DNA from: Gordius albopunctatus
Lineage: Eukaryota
Assembly (NCBI GenBank): GCA_964276515.1
Contig: OZ193909.1
Location: 7,750,001 to 7,814,000 of the forward strand
Length of the DNA: 64,000 bases
Direction of reading: 5' to 3'
Positions 41,401 to 53,613 of the stretch are shown piece by piece; the first letter of the stretch is position 1, and each line of letters begins with the position of its first letter. The notes beneath the pieces are model-generated. The model saw only the letters and a list, made by a program, of their open reading frames with translations. It was not told the origin of the DNA and did no database searches. The translations under genes and the position numbers were made by a program.

Positions 41401-44286
41401 CTCGTTGGCTCAGATATTTTCTGGTATGCTACTAGCTAGACTCTACTTCTTTTTCCTAACTGGACGCCCATCCCCTCCATTTTCACTGCATACGACGGAT
41501 GGATGAGTTAGATTTTTATTATTAATTCTTTTTGATACCGATAACAATGACGACCAATTTCGTTATTTTATCTTTCGTAGATAACAACACTGCATTGTTT
41601 TATTTCGACTAAATCGCATTTTTGATTGCCACCACATGTAATGGCTAAAATTGGATCATTTAGATTTATTTAATTCTCTCCTTCTACCTAAACATCCTTT
41701 ACTCCAAATTCGGACGACATTCGCCCTAAATTAAATCCTATCACTAATTCTTCATGGATGTGAGTCGATTATTCACTGTTTTATTTTTTAAGTAATATAT
41801 TATATTGCATAATTATTCAAATTTATAAAGTTTTTCAATACTAGAAATATCTAAAAACATATCATTTTAAGAGAAACGTGGACGTGAATAACTTGTGGCA
41901 TTGCAGTTTATTGTAGAATTTTATTTACTCCTCCCAGCTCGCCCCATTAAAAACTATCTGATTGACCCCTCCCTAGAACCCTGCACGGGCCACCCAAAGC
42001 CCAACCCGGTTCTGTAGGTTTTCTTGGCTGGCTCGGGCAAAAATAATAAAATAGACAGACTCGAGTCGGACGTAATGGGCCAGTCCGACACGAGGTCTGG
42101 GCCTGACTCGAAGCAAACCCAAGCCCACTAAACATATGAATAGTATGTTTTGAATAAATCCGACTCTATAAAAATATACATCTTCGTACAGCCTATAACA
42201 TACCTTTTTATCTCCAAACCTTCCTCTTTGTATTATTTTCTCATATTTATATCATCGATCCGGTTTGTTTAAATTTCTTTGCCGAACGCTTGAACCCTTT
42301 TAAGGGCCCGCTCAGCAATACCTGGATCATTATAGCTAACTGCTGATTTCAAATATACTCTTTGCCCCAAACCCTAATTTACGATCTTAACTTATCTCAG
42401 CTACTATTAAAAATTAGCATCAAATTAATGGCATATTAATCAAAATAAAGCTAGGAATTTAATTTTTCATAATTTGGCGAAATAACAAATTATCGACAAT
42501 TTCCTACTATGATCGTGTGCCTCTTTCCTCTATCAATCTTCCTGCGATGGAAAAATTTATTTCACTTGCAAGATAATTATTATTTATAATTACTTTAATG
42601 AAAGTGACAATATATTACACGAAAATAAATTAATACATTATATAATAAAATTGATCAAGGCCGAATCGCCCCAATCTTGGCGGCCCCAAAAATGTAACTT
42701 TACGATAGTTGCCCGTTGGCGAAATAAATGTTAAAATTCTCCAGAATTTGAATTTAAATAAATGTATGGCTGGACTCAGGTCGGCCCAAGGATGTAGAAT
42801 GGATGTCTCGGACAAATTAGAGATTAAAATATCGGCTGGTTCTGGCCGAATAAAATTCATTTGCAGAGCTCTATTCCTTTTTTTAACAAACTGTCTTAAT
42901 TGATAAAAAAATGTTGCAGTGCATTTGTGAGTTATCAAGTTAGCATTTGAAATATAACCTTTGCCTCATTTCATCTATACGTAGTTTATATGCAGTGATT
43001 TTTCCGAGGCTAGCGTACAAGGTTTTATAATTTCATCATACACCCTTGCCCTTCGCGTGACTTTATTAAACCTTCGCTAGGTTATAACTACGTCTCGTTC
43101 AGAAATGACGACCGACAATGGAATCCCCAAAGCGAGCCCCTCTCGCATAGCCCCCAAAAGTCCCGGTAATTTGGTATTACATCCGCACAGAGGAAGTGTG
43201 CCACCCGTCCTCCCAACTCATTTGTACAAGCTTTATTCCTGGTCCAAATCTCCCAACACCCCAGATTACGGACTCGAATTGTGTGAGAGACCTGATATTG
43301 CTGATGGAGCCACTTTTGTAAGGGACGTGAGGATGGGCTCGCCCGCCGATAAGGTAGGTATGCGATCGGATACCTTGATTTTGGAAGTGAACGACGCTCC
43401 CATCTTCGGAAAAAGTGCTTCCGAAGTAAGATGCATCGATTTAATCAACCATTCTGGGTAAATTCTGACTAAGAGGGTTCTTTTGTATGCTATTTATTGT
43501 CTATTTTCGCTAATTCAAAATGGGTTGCGTTTATTTATATCCTATTGAATGAAGTTAAATTTGCATAGGAATAGGGTAACAATTAATGTTTTTATTTAGT
43601 AACTGCCTTAAATCGATATATATATATAAGGATCTCCTTCTTTTTATTATTACCTGTTATTCTTCGTCTTTAAATAGGTTCAGAAACGCATAGATGAAAG
43701 TTATCCCGAAGTTAAGTTATTGGTTCACGACCCGGCCCCAGCCACGTTAGGTGGTGGAAACGCGCCTACTTTGGCTCACAAAATAACTTCACTCCCCAAA
43801 TACATTGAAGGATCGCGGTCCGATCCCTTAGCATCATCTCCCAACCACAGCGATCGGGCGGAATTTAGTATGGGAGATAGCAACAAGGCCATCGGCTCAA
43901 ATGGAGTACATTTTTTATGATATTTAAACAATCCTAAGGTTTCCTTGTATTTATTCCATACTTAATTTTAAATTTTCCTATTGTTTTTATACAAAAGCGC
44001 TAAAGGGGCTTCTGTAGAGACTCTTAATTCTCGGTACTTTTGGTAGAGACTTGTAGTAGGAATCAATTATTAAAATTTTAAATGCCTCCTTGCTTTTTAG
44101 AATGTACGTTCTAACGTCAATGGTAACGAGTCTTCAATTAGGACGCCGACACAGGGCTCGGATTCATGGAATTTATCTGCCAGCGAAATGAGGGCCAAAA
44201 TAGCTATGGACTCGAAAAAGAAGAAAGATCAAAAGTTGGATAACAGACCGCTTAAAGAGAAATACGACCTGTTGCAAAAGATGTAA
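26458..44286 (+). CDS. NHERF/EBP50/Sip1-family scaffold with four PDZ domains and a C-terminal ERM-binding tail, about 823 aa
   Basis: Exons 26458-26877, 31250-31567, 36186-36464, 37165-37410, 38264-38713, 43081-43425, 43678-43905, 44101-44286 join in frame. PDZ1-3 carry the NHERF-type (R/K)LCx..GYGFNLH..HYIGxV/I..SPA..GL..GD; PDZ4 is divergent. The C-terminus LSASEMRAKIAMDSKKKKDQKLDNRPLKEKYDLLQKM* resembles the Sip1/EBP50 FERM-binding helix. Joining all exons into one transcript is an inference. Confidence 0.85.
29795..29952. mobile_element. Approximately 160-bp hAT-type MITE (family shared with 61549 and 63835)
   Basis: TIR-like CGTGGGCGTAAGC...GCTACGCACATG, degenerate 8-bp TSD ACCAGGGC/GCCAGTGC; reverse-complement similarity to 61549-61712. 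Confidence 0.75.
30652..30666 (+). CDS. Candidate 15-nt microexon (AAQIK) of the PDZ gene
   Basis: catttctag|GCTGCTCAAATCAAG|gtaaat, in frame in a phase-0 intron. Confidence 0.4.
33576..33638 (+). mobile_element. tRNA-derived SINE-like fragment
   Basis: T-arm/B-box CGGGTTCGAGACCCG followed by (TATC)n; the 5' half (A box) is missing, so it is not a tRNA gene. Preceded by (GTCC)n. Confidence 0.5.
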
Positions 44287-45324
44287 AATACATTTGAAGA
44301 GAGTGAATTCCCTTATTCCTGATTTTAATAATATGACACCTATGCACGCATTACGTTAAAGGTCTCACCTTATTTTCCTTTCAATCGCATTCCCGATGAA
44401 ACTTGAACGTTAAAAATTTTACACTAAAATATCTTATCCATATGCCTAATTCATTTGGCTACTACTTTTGTTAAATTTTCACCAACTCTCCTCTCCGTCC
44501 CTGTTATCGATTTTGTTAAGCTAAACTATTTGTTAAATATAAATTATCAAATTACCTTGGGCCTATATGAAATTACATATTTATTTTTAAACGTTATAAA
44601 GTTTATTATAACAGCAACATTCCACCCCCCCTCTCTCATTTATGTTGTTGTATATAATGGTTAAATTATTTTGTGCCTCAACATACTTCGTTATTAATGA
44701 ACGAGAAATTTTTAAACGAAAACGACATATCAATTTTTTGTTTATTATTGTTTTTTTATTGCGTATAAATTTGGTTTTCTTGTAAAGATTGGCTATCATT
44801 CTTTCATAATTTTAACCTGTTTACCAAATCACCATTACGCAAACAAGGACCGACATTTAAGTAAAAATCTCATTGTTCGTTTCAATAGTATCTTTACCAA
44901 AATTTAATTTTCATTCAAATATATTATATACAATATCTGTTTAAGAACCTTGGAGTATAATATTATATCAGCATTTATGTCATATATTCTTAGTTTGTTT
45001 TTAATATTTGTGGCTCGTTAAGTGAAAGCGAATACATATTACTCAACGTTTTTCAGTATTTTGATAATTTTACCTGTATTATATTAATACCAAATTGTAG
45101 GTAATATTTAAGTTTTCTTTTCCTAAACTTTTTACTAAGGGCAGGTTCATCTTAATCATTTTTAGTTCTTTGGCATTGTTTGCCTAAATTAAAGAGCTTA
45201 ATAAGGTTTACGGATGTAAATTTATATTGAATATTAATCTTTTTATAAACAAAATCATAAACCTTATTTATGATTTTTAACGCATATAAAATACTTTTGA
45301 GGGCAACTCTCCTTATTAACTGTT

Positions 45325-45530
45325 AAAAAGTAAAGTGTATGTATATATGTATGTAAAGGCTAAATTCTGAAACTACCGGCCCGATTTGCGCGAAACTTTA
45401 CCCGTAGCTTGCCAGGGCGGCCAGGGGTAAAATAGCTTTTTCACATTCCTAAAATTCCTTTTAGTTTTCGAGATATTGGGTTTTATACGTTTTGCGTTTA
45501 TTAAAATGTCAATCAAACGCAACCTCATCG
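45325..45530 (+). mobile_element. Helitron 5' fragment (same 5' end as 47644-48307)
   Basis: AAAGTAAAGTGTATGTAT..GGCTAAATTCTGAAA..GGCCCGATT..AAACTTTACCCGTAG..CCAGGGGTAAAATAG matches 47652-47790. Confidence 0.7.
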
Positions 45531-45826
45531 TGTTCTTTGCAAATTTGAATATATACAGTTCTTTAGTAAAAGTGTATCACTTATAGTATTTTCTAAAACG
45601 GCATCTTTTTTTAACGGTGACAACATAAAATTTATCAATTAAACCTGAAATAAATAAAATTATAGATTATTTGAGAAAATATATAGGTGAAGAAGATGAA
45701 TTTTTCTCATTATCATTAAATGAGAAAGATGAAAGTATATATAATTCAAATGTAATGAAAAATAATCCAACGTTGATTATTCTGAGTAAATGCTATTTAT
45801 ATATAAATGTCATTATTTATATATTA

Positions 45827-47322
45827 CTAGCTGTGCCCGGCCAAGCGTTGCTTTGGCTTAGTACTTATTTGGCTAAATAATTGGTACCTATCAATAGAAA
45901 ATATATGAAAGAATTTAGGTCAGCTGAAAGAGAATTTGTGATGTGGGAAAATATATTTTTATATTATGCAAATAAATATTAGCTCAATAAAAAAGCCATA
46001 TTTATTATTAATCAAATAGAATTATAACAGTTTTAAATATTATTAGGTAGCGATGTTTAGCGATAACATGAATAGTTGAGTGACAAAAGTGTTTATAAAC
46101 CACTAATATACAAAAGTCAATGATAATGTTTGACAATGATGATAATGTTTGACAATTCAGAGATAAATTTTAGTAAAGCGTGTATAGTTGTGTATCGTCA
46201 TAGCCTAAAATCTACAGTAATAAAATGAAGAGATAGTAGAAAAACACATTAAAATTTGGTTTAATGAAGTCGTTTACAATCTATCAAACCCCTGAGTAAA
46301 CACTCAAAAGTGTTGGAATGGCCCCCTGTCCGAGTGCCTCTTAAAGTCTCTTATTTATGGCGCTTCGGCAGAGGAACTTCCAGCGCTTAGGAGCTTAGCT
46401 CCACGCTCAGGTCAAGAATGACCCAAAGCTTTCCCAAGTCGTAACCTCGGTCTACTATCATCGAACAACGATATCCGAGGCCTAAGATTAGGACAAAATA
46501 GTTGCTGAACAAATTTCTTAACTTTGCAATAATTCCCTAAAATCAAATGGCCATCATGGTCTACACTGTAATAGCAACAAAGCCCGGTATCTTTGACATA
46601 CCGCGGTTAACAAACTTATCTCACAGTCCTCTGTGAAGATAGCAAACAACCCGTTGGCCAATCTATAGGCGCTTGGGAAAAAGGAGTCATTTTAGCATGG
46701 GATTATAGATGTACTGACGTATTCGCCCCATCTTATCACAACAAATATCCCCTGTCCACTCGGTAATTTTCAATTACTCTGAAATTAACAATACTATAAT
46801 TTTTGGTCCCATTGCAACAACCACCCTAACAACCTTTGGCCCCCAAGCCTTACAAATTATTAATAGGGAAAGTTGTAATATAAAAAGATTTCGTAAAAAT
46901 AGCAAAAAAGCACGAAACGTGGGAACGTTTCTGGAAGCGCGTGTTATATTTATTAAGTAAATGGTGATGTATTACGGTATCTAGAATATTTATTTCTTAC
47001 AGATTTATATATTGTAAAGAAAACGGGCGTAGTTAAGTAAAATATTGAGACACAAATGACAAAGCAATCATAGAAAAAAGTTTAAGGCAAAAAGTAGCAC
47101 CATAACGATAAATAAGTACAAACAACGCAGTATAAATAATCCGCTAGATGGCGCCAATCAAATTAAAAACATGGTTCCCGCTGTCGTAGTGTGATAAAAA
47201 GTGTTTACAAACCATCTAAAATGCTAAGGCAATAATCTGACCAAATTTGGTGGCAATCGGTTGAGAACTTCAAAAGTTATTAGCGCACAAAAAAACGGTA
47301 CTTAGATTTTTATATATATAGA
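45827..47322 (-). mobile_element. Non-autonomous Helitron carrying a CRE-like retroelement fragment
   Basis: On the minus strand: A|TCTATATATATAAAAATCTAAG... start, subterminal hairpin GCCAAAGC-AAC-GCTTGGC, end CTAG|T (AT target, no TSD). Confidence 0.85.
46270..46868 (+). mobile_element. Degenerate CRE-clade non-LTR retrotransposon fragment (zinc knuckle + REL endonuclease)
   Basis: Translated pieces NGHHGLHCNSNKARYL*HTAVNKLI, AWEKGVILAWDYRCTDVFAPSY and FGPIATTTLTTFGPQALQII. Confidence 0.7.
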
Positions 47323-47643
47323 TTAATTCTTTACTACAGATTAGTTGCAAATTTTATCACTTATACTCTGGCATGAAATTATAATTGTCTTTTATGCAAA
47401 TGTCATTCTTTAGAAGGATAAAAAAAATTATAAAAGTTTTACATTTAAAATTAATTTAATTATTTTTTTATATTTTAACAAATTTGATTTATTATTGCGT
47501 TATGTTATATTCGTACGCGTTGCACTGTATACGGAAATAGAACAATAGAAGTAGAACATGTAGAATTTTTCTCATTATCATTAAATGAGATATTTTAAAT
47601 GAGAAAGATGAAAGTATATATATAATTTAAATGTAATGAAAAA

Positions 47644-48307
47644 TATATATATAAAGTAAAGTGTATGTATGTAAGGGCTAAATTCTGAAAATACTGGCCC
47701 GATTCGCGCTAAACTTTACCCGTAGGTTCCCAGGGTGGCCAGGGGTAAAATAGATTTTTAAGATTCCTAAAATACCTTTTCGTTTTAAAAATATCGGACA
47801 TTTCCCGGCCAGTTTCATTTATAGCATCATATACAATAATGACGTCATACATACAAGGTTGAAGTTTTCTCGAATTTGATATTTAAAAGTATAATAGAAA
47901 TGTTACAGTATACGGTCAAAATTATTGGAGTTTAACAAACTATTCAAATTAAATAAAATTTAAATTATGCAATTTTTGCCATTATCACGTGGTCGATCAT
48001 AGAAGCATATTTTTAATAATTATCAATCCTTCAATTAAAACACTTTTGTCACTCAACTGTGCATGTTATCGCTAAACATCTCTACCTAATAAGTATTTAA
48101 AACTGTTATAAATCTATTTAATTAATTATAAATATGCCTTTTTCTATTAAGTTAATATTTATTTGCATAATATAAAAATATATTTTTTCACATCACAAAC
48201 TCTCTTTCAGCTGACCCAAATTCTTTCATATATTTCCTATTGCTAGGTACCAATTATTTAGCCAAATAAGTACTAAGCCAAAGCAACGCTTGGCCGGGCA
48301 CAGCTAG
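47644..48307 (+). mobile_element. Non-autonomous Helitron
   Basis: Ends GCCAAAGCAACGCTTGGCCGGGCACAGCTAG|T. The 3' about 270 bp is an inverted copy of 45827-46100; the 5' start lies in a (TA)n tract with the TC eroded. Confidence 0.8.
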
Positions 48308-48314
48308 TATAATG

Positions 48315-48880
48315 TAAAGAAAATATTAAGTAGGTTATTTTGACAAAGTCATCTGTCCAGAGGTCGAGAGTGGCTGAACATGATTTCGCTTATGGGGGAG
48401 TAACTTTAATATTAATGCTTCTCTACTTATATCTGCAAGTTTTGCTGTATTCTTAAGGTATTCCTATCTTAAAGTAATTCATCAACGTTTATATGACCAT
48501 GAATGGCACCAATATTCAGAGCTTCTTGGAGCATTGCTTTAAATCCTTCCCCGTTAACGATTGTTTCAATTTTTTTTTTAATTTTGTGATTTCAGCGAGA
48601 GATTTGGTGAGAAATTTGTCAATTGTATTTTTAGCTGAAGTTTTTGGAATACATTTATGATGTAAAAGATGGGAACTACCTCGAATGGAATTATATGTGT
48701 AGATATTATGGCATTTCTTGCAGTTAACATAACCGGTGTATGTATCATTTTCATTTAGAAGGTCAAAGTAACTCCAAATTTGATTTTTTCCGTCTTCTTC
48801 AACTTGTTGAATCATATTTATTTTAAATTTTTTTATTATTTCTTCCATGAAGGTTTTTAATATGATAAACAATATTGTTG
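48315..48880 (-). mobile_element. hAT (Hermes/hobo-like) transposase N-terminal fragment
   Basis: BED finger IWSYF..CKKC..GSSHLLHHKC (ORF 48872-48516) and, after frameshifts, SATLDLWTDDF (first catalytic Asp region) near 48380-48340. Confidence 0.75.
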
Positions 48881-49320
48881 TATTTGCTAGCTGTTACGAA
48901 TCCCAATGATTATTTCCAACACCCCCCCCCCCCCAATTATTTTTTCCCCTCAAGTTAGCATGACTCACACCATCTCGTCAACGACAATACCCCTGCACCA
49001 TGGAGATTGCTTCTAAGAAGGCAAGCTACATCATTCATGATCACCCGGAATCAAGAGGGGAAGGAGCTACGCGTGTGCTTTAAGGAAAGGGGAGATTGTG
49101 ATTGATGATTTTCGGAGTTGAGTTGAGATAGAAAGAGATGCGTGTGGTAAAAAGGAAAAAGGGAGATGCTGATTTATCATTGACACTAGCTCCTTTCTCG
49201 CCAAACAAGAAAGTCTGGCTAGGGAAAAACGCTAAGGAAATACTGATAAATATGTTAGGGTAAGTAAGGTGGTATTGGGCATCAAAAATGGTAAAGTAAA
49301 AAAAGAATGCAAAGATTTGT

Positions 49321-49611
49321 CAAGATGCCTTTGCTCCCTCAAACCAAAACAAAGACCCCCTTTTTGATTCTGAAAGATTAAAGTCCGCTAAATACGCAGA
49401 ACTTAATTCCTCACTGCTTTTCGCCCCTATAGTGACCACTACCCTTACAACAATAGGTCCTAAAACCCAAGCCCTTCTGAAAGAATTGGGACGCCGTATA
49501 GCAGCCAATAGCCTTGACAATACGGAAACTTTTTGCATTAAACAGAAAATCGGAATCATTATTTGTCATTTCAACGCTATCGCAATTTTCGAATGCTTAT
49601 CTCGCATATGA
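49321..49611 (+). mobile_element. CRE-like non-LTR element 3' end (REL domain C-terminus)
   Basis: Open frame QDAFAPS..ERLKSAKYAEL..FAPIVTTTLTTIGPKTQALLKELGRRIA..QKIGIII..NAIAI*. Confidence 0.72.
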
Positions 49612-50250
49612 TTTTTATAGTTGTTTATAGTTTCAGTCTATTATGAAAAGGTATTTCTAAAAATTATTAATTTAATTAATTAGAACTTATTATTGTTTTT
49701 TCCCAGGAAAATGTCCCATATATTTATACTAGATAGACTGTTTATCAACACACAAAATGTGTACCCTTTTTTCCGCCATTTTGATGTGAACATGTTAAAG
49801 TAGTGATTATATAGATATTAGTAATTTTGTAAATTAAATAATCTTAAAAGGGTAAATAAAAAAATAATGAATTGGATAGATATCAAAAACAGCATTCAAA
49901 AATAAACATCATGTTTGTTTAATGAATATGGCGCCATATATATTATGTATAATATTAATTTATTGATTTTTGTTCAAATTTATTAATTAGTGAGGAAGGT
50001 AAATTGACTGCTATTGACCTAAAAATAAAACATTTTTATTAATTGCTATGCAATTTTTTTTTATTACTATGCATTTTCTTGATTTTCGATTTATATTATG
50101 GGAATGATTATAAAAAAAGAATTTTAAGATGTTTAAAACATTTTTTTAACAGGTAATTTTTTTTGACATGCTTTGTTAAATAAAAAGTATTAAATATTGA
50201 GCGGAATCATTAAAAAGATAGAAGAACGAAAACATTTATAAAAAAAATGA

Positions 50251-50650
50251 TTAAAACACATTATCCGTATCTTCATCTTTGAGAATGGGCATTGAATCCA
50301 TCAAAGAATAAAAATTAAATTTAGCGATCGCGATGGCAATTGATTGTATTAGTAAAAAACTATTCGATATTTTAGAAGGGGGCGAGCGTTTATTGAGTTC
50401 TTTAAAAAAATTAATGCGCTCTTCCCAAACGTCCCTGAGCACGACGAGACGATAGGAATAAAAATGGAGGTTTGGGATAAAGCTGAGTATTTTAAGGATT
50501 TACGATGCTCTGCCGATTCTAGGGGGTCGTGAGTATCGTTGGAGGGGTAAACAGGTCAACACAGGTGTAGTCCCATTTTAAGAAAAGGCCTTTGTTCTAT
50601 GGGAGAAGTGACGAACCGTCCGGACGCATCCGCCCTTCGAGAGAGTGATC
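50251..50650 (-). mobile_element. CRE-like non-LTR element 3' end (REL domain)
   Basis: Minus-strand MRPDGSSLLP*NKGLFLKWDYTCVDLF ... QSIAIAIAKFN; RPDG and WDxTC are REL-domain motifs of this clade. Confidence 0.72.
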
Positions 50651-52564
50651 TAAATTAATTAAAAATTTTCAATGTGTAAAATCTTGATTAATGAGGTGAT
50701 GTTTAATGTATTAAAAATAATAGAACCGATTAGATGAGAAAATATTTTATTTAATATTTTTAAATTTAATTTATTTTTCTGTTAAATTTTTATTTTAAAG
50801 TTATTAAAGATAGAGTACGTAGTTTTATATAATAATAAAATTATTTCTTTAGAGGGATATATTTAAGCCAAAATTATTTTTTTTATTAATATTTTGTAAA
50901 CACTTATTTGGAATAGATGATAAAAATGAAATGCATTAAATACAAGTCCATTTTCCTTTCTCTATTAGCAGAAAGCCCATTACACACCAAGTCCTTTATA
51001 ATAACTTCAAATGGCTGAATGTAATACAAAGCCTCTGACACTATATTGGTAATTGTAAGGTTCTGATGTTACACCTGACACAAGGAAATACCCTAAAGGT
51101 ATATGATCCAAGAACCATTGCCATCAAAAAAAGAGTCCCAAAGGCATATGTAATCAAATTTGAATTGGTCATATGAAGGTCTAAATTAATATAGCCATTT
51201 AAAAATAAAGTTTAAATTCTAAATTTTCAATTCTATAGCTAATTAATACGCCTCTGCTTTTCGAATCGAATATTTTTGATATTCGACTCGGATTCGAAAA
51301 CTTTATTAAAAAAATATTCGATTCAAGATTCATCAAATATTAAAATAAGGTTTCGAATTCGATTCAAAAAATTTTAAGATTCGAATTCGATGTGAACATT
51401 TTTCATTCTTTAATCACTAAATATTGCAAAAATTTGTTAATACATTTCAAAAATTTATTTGTAATACAAAGAAAGAATATAAAAAAATTAAAATCTCTGA
51501 AACAATGGAGAATTTGGTCAGTGTTTGTCAGTCATATAAAATAAGTCTATGATTGCAGTGCAGATAGCATAATTGAATGATTTAATATGTGTAAAATGGT
51601 CCCAAACCATTAAATTATTTTTCTTCTTGAGTATCAAAATTATCTAAATTTAACATAGTATCTAATTTAAAATTTTGGTTAGATGGCATTAATTAGAGTT
51701 TACTTATTAGGGGAAACCGGGGCTACTCGTAATCCGGGGTTATTATTATCTTTGTAATTATTTTTTAAAACAATAATCTATATATATAAAAATCTAAGTC
51801 CCGTTTTTTTGTACGCTAATAACTTTTAGAGTTCTCAACCGATTGCCACCAAATTTGGCCAGATTATTGCCTTATCATTGTAGATGGTTTATAGATACTA
51901 TTTATCAAGCTGCGTCAGCGGAAACCATGTTTTTTAATTTGGTTGGCGCCATCTAGCGGACGTCAGCTACAACGCTTATCTCGATTATTATTTTATGTTA
52001 GAGTTGTGCTCATAGTTTTAATTGTTTTTCTACTAATCTTTTGTTACATATTTCACTATTTTTATTCACCTTTGGGTTCTTTTTTATAATATATATATAT
52101 CTGTTACAACTAAATAATTAAAAACCGTAAAACATCAAAAATTTTATTATATAAAAAAGACGCGTGCTCTGTTAAAGGTTTACGTATCTAAATTTGTCAT
52201 TTTTTGCGCGTTAATGAAAATACTTTTAACAAAGTGCCAATAAATGTTGATATATCTCGGTTCTTCGGACATTATTAAGTTCAGAATTTGAAGTTTAATT
52301 CAGAAACAAATAATTATAATTATGATATTGTTTCTTAATTACAAAAAATAAAAAAAATTGCTTTAAGGGCCAGGGGCAAAAGATTTTTCCCTTGGGGGGG
52401 GGCATGGAGCCAGGTTTTCTCTCTTGGGTGGGCCTGGGCCTTAGACCCTCATTAACTATTTGTTTAAAAAATTTTGCATAATAAACACTTATCAATTATA
52501 TTTGATATATTCTTAATCTTCTTCTTTCTATGACTTCTTGTCACCTAGGCTAGTGGTCAGTCCT

Positions 52565-53165
52565 TTCAGCATTCGTGGAGCGGATATTACGTTCGTTAAT
52601 AAAAGGAAGTGGTTAAGTTTAAGGGGTGCTAATGGAAAAATGCTAGAAAGAGTAAATTGTAAAGCATACATGTTAAATGGGGAAATAATCCCCATAGCAG
52701 GGCAAATCATGGTCGATGTTGAGTATAAAAAGAACATTAAAAGATTACCATTATATGTGATGGACGTAGAGGGCGTCAACATTTTGGGATGGGATTGGAT
52801 AAAGGTGTGGAATGAGGAAGTTAATTGGGGGGAAGCCATAAGGGGTAAGGAAATTATGTTAGGGGTAATGGTGAAGGGAAATGCAGAAGAGACTGAGGTA
52901 GGCGAGGCTGAAGAATTAGGAAGGGTCTTGGAAAAATACGCAACCTTGTTCGAAGATAAGTTAGGTTGTTATAAAGACATGGAGGTGAATGTGGAATTTA
53001 AAGATGGTGTGGTACCTAAATTTTGTCCAGTAAGAAGGATGCCCTTTGAATGGAGGGTAGAAATCGAGGAAGAATTGGACAAATGGTTGGAACTTGGTGT
53101 AATTACACCGACCACCTATAGTTATTGGGCCACACCGTTGGTACCGGTAAGGAAAGCTAATAAAA
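52565..53165 (+). mobile_element. Gypsy pol fragment (protease C-half to start of RT)
   Basis: Open frame GADITFV..NILGWDWI..LEKYATLFEDKLG..PKFCPVRRMPF..SYWATPLVPVRK; truncated at both ends, no LTR seen. Confidence 0.85.
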
Positions 53166-53613
53166 TCTATATCTTTTCTTTAGGCGTTGTCTGCACTCAT
53201 GTACTTCTGGCTGGGTAAAAGGGAAAGGTAAAGAGAAAAGGGGGGGGGGTTGTATGAACTTCGTGTGTATTTAGAATTTTTTGCATCTGTTTTCGGAGTT
53301 GTAACTTGTTGGCGCCAATCATTATAATGTCATAGAATAAGGGATGCCGGCGCCCATCACACAGTCAAGTCATTAGGATGTCTTAGAGTAAGGGAACGTA
53401 ATCGGCTTTCTTTGATAATTAAGGGAAGGCATGGGCTGAGAAGGGAAGTAGTAATACAGTTGTTGACGTTAATCATTCAGATGTCTTCGAGTAAGGTATG
53501 GTTGTATAGTGGGAATCCTGCCATCTGCTCGCTGGCAGACAAAGGGCATAACGTAATCGGCTTTCTTTAATAATTAAGGGAAGGCATGGCCTAGGAAAGG
53601 AAGTAGTAGTATA

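Noticed and set aside
41971..42135. Complete hAT element starting TAGAACCCTGCACGGGC (similar fragments at 36732 and 51260-51390)
   Set aside because: Only one end or subterminal repeats were seen; no partner TIR or TSD.
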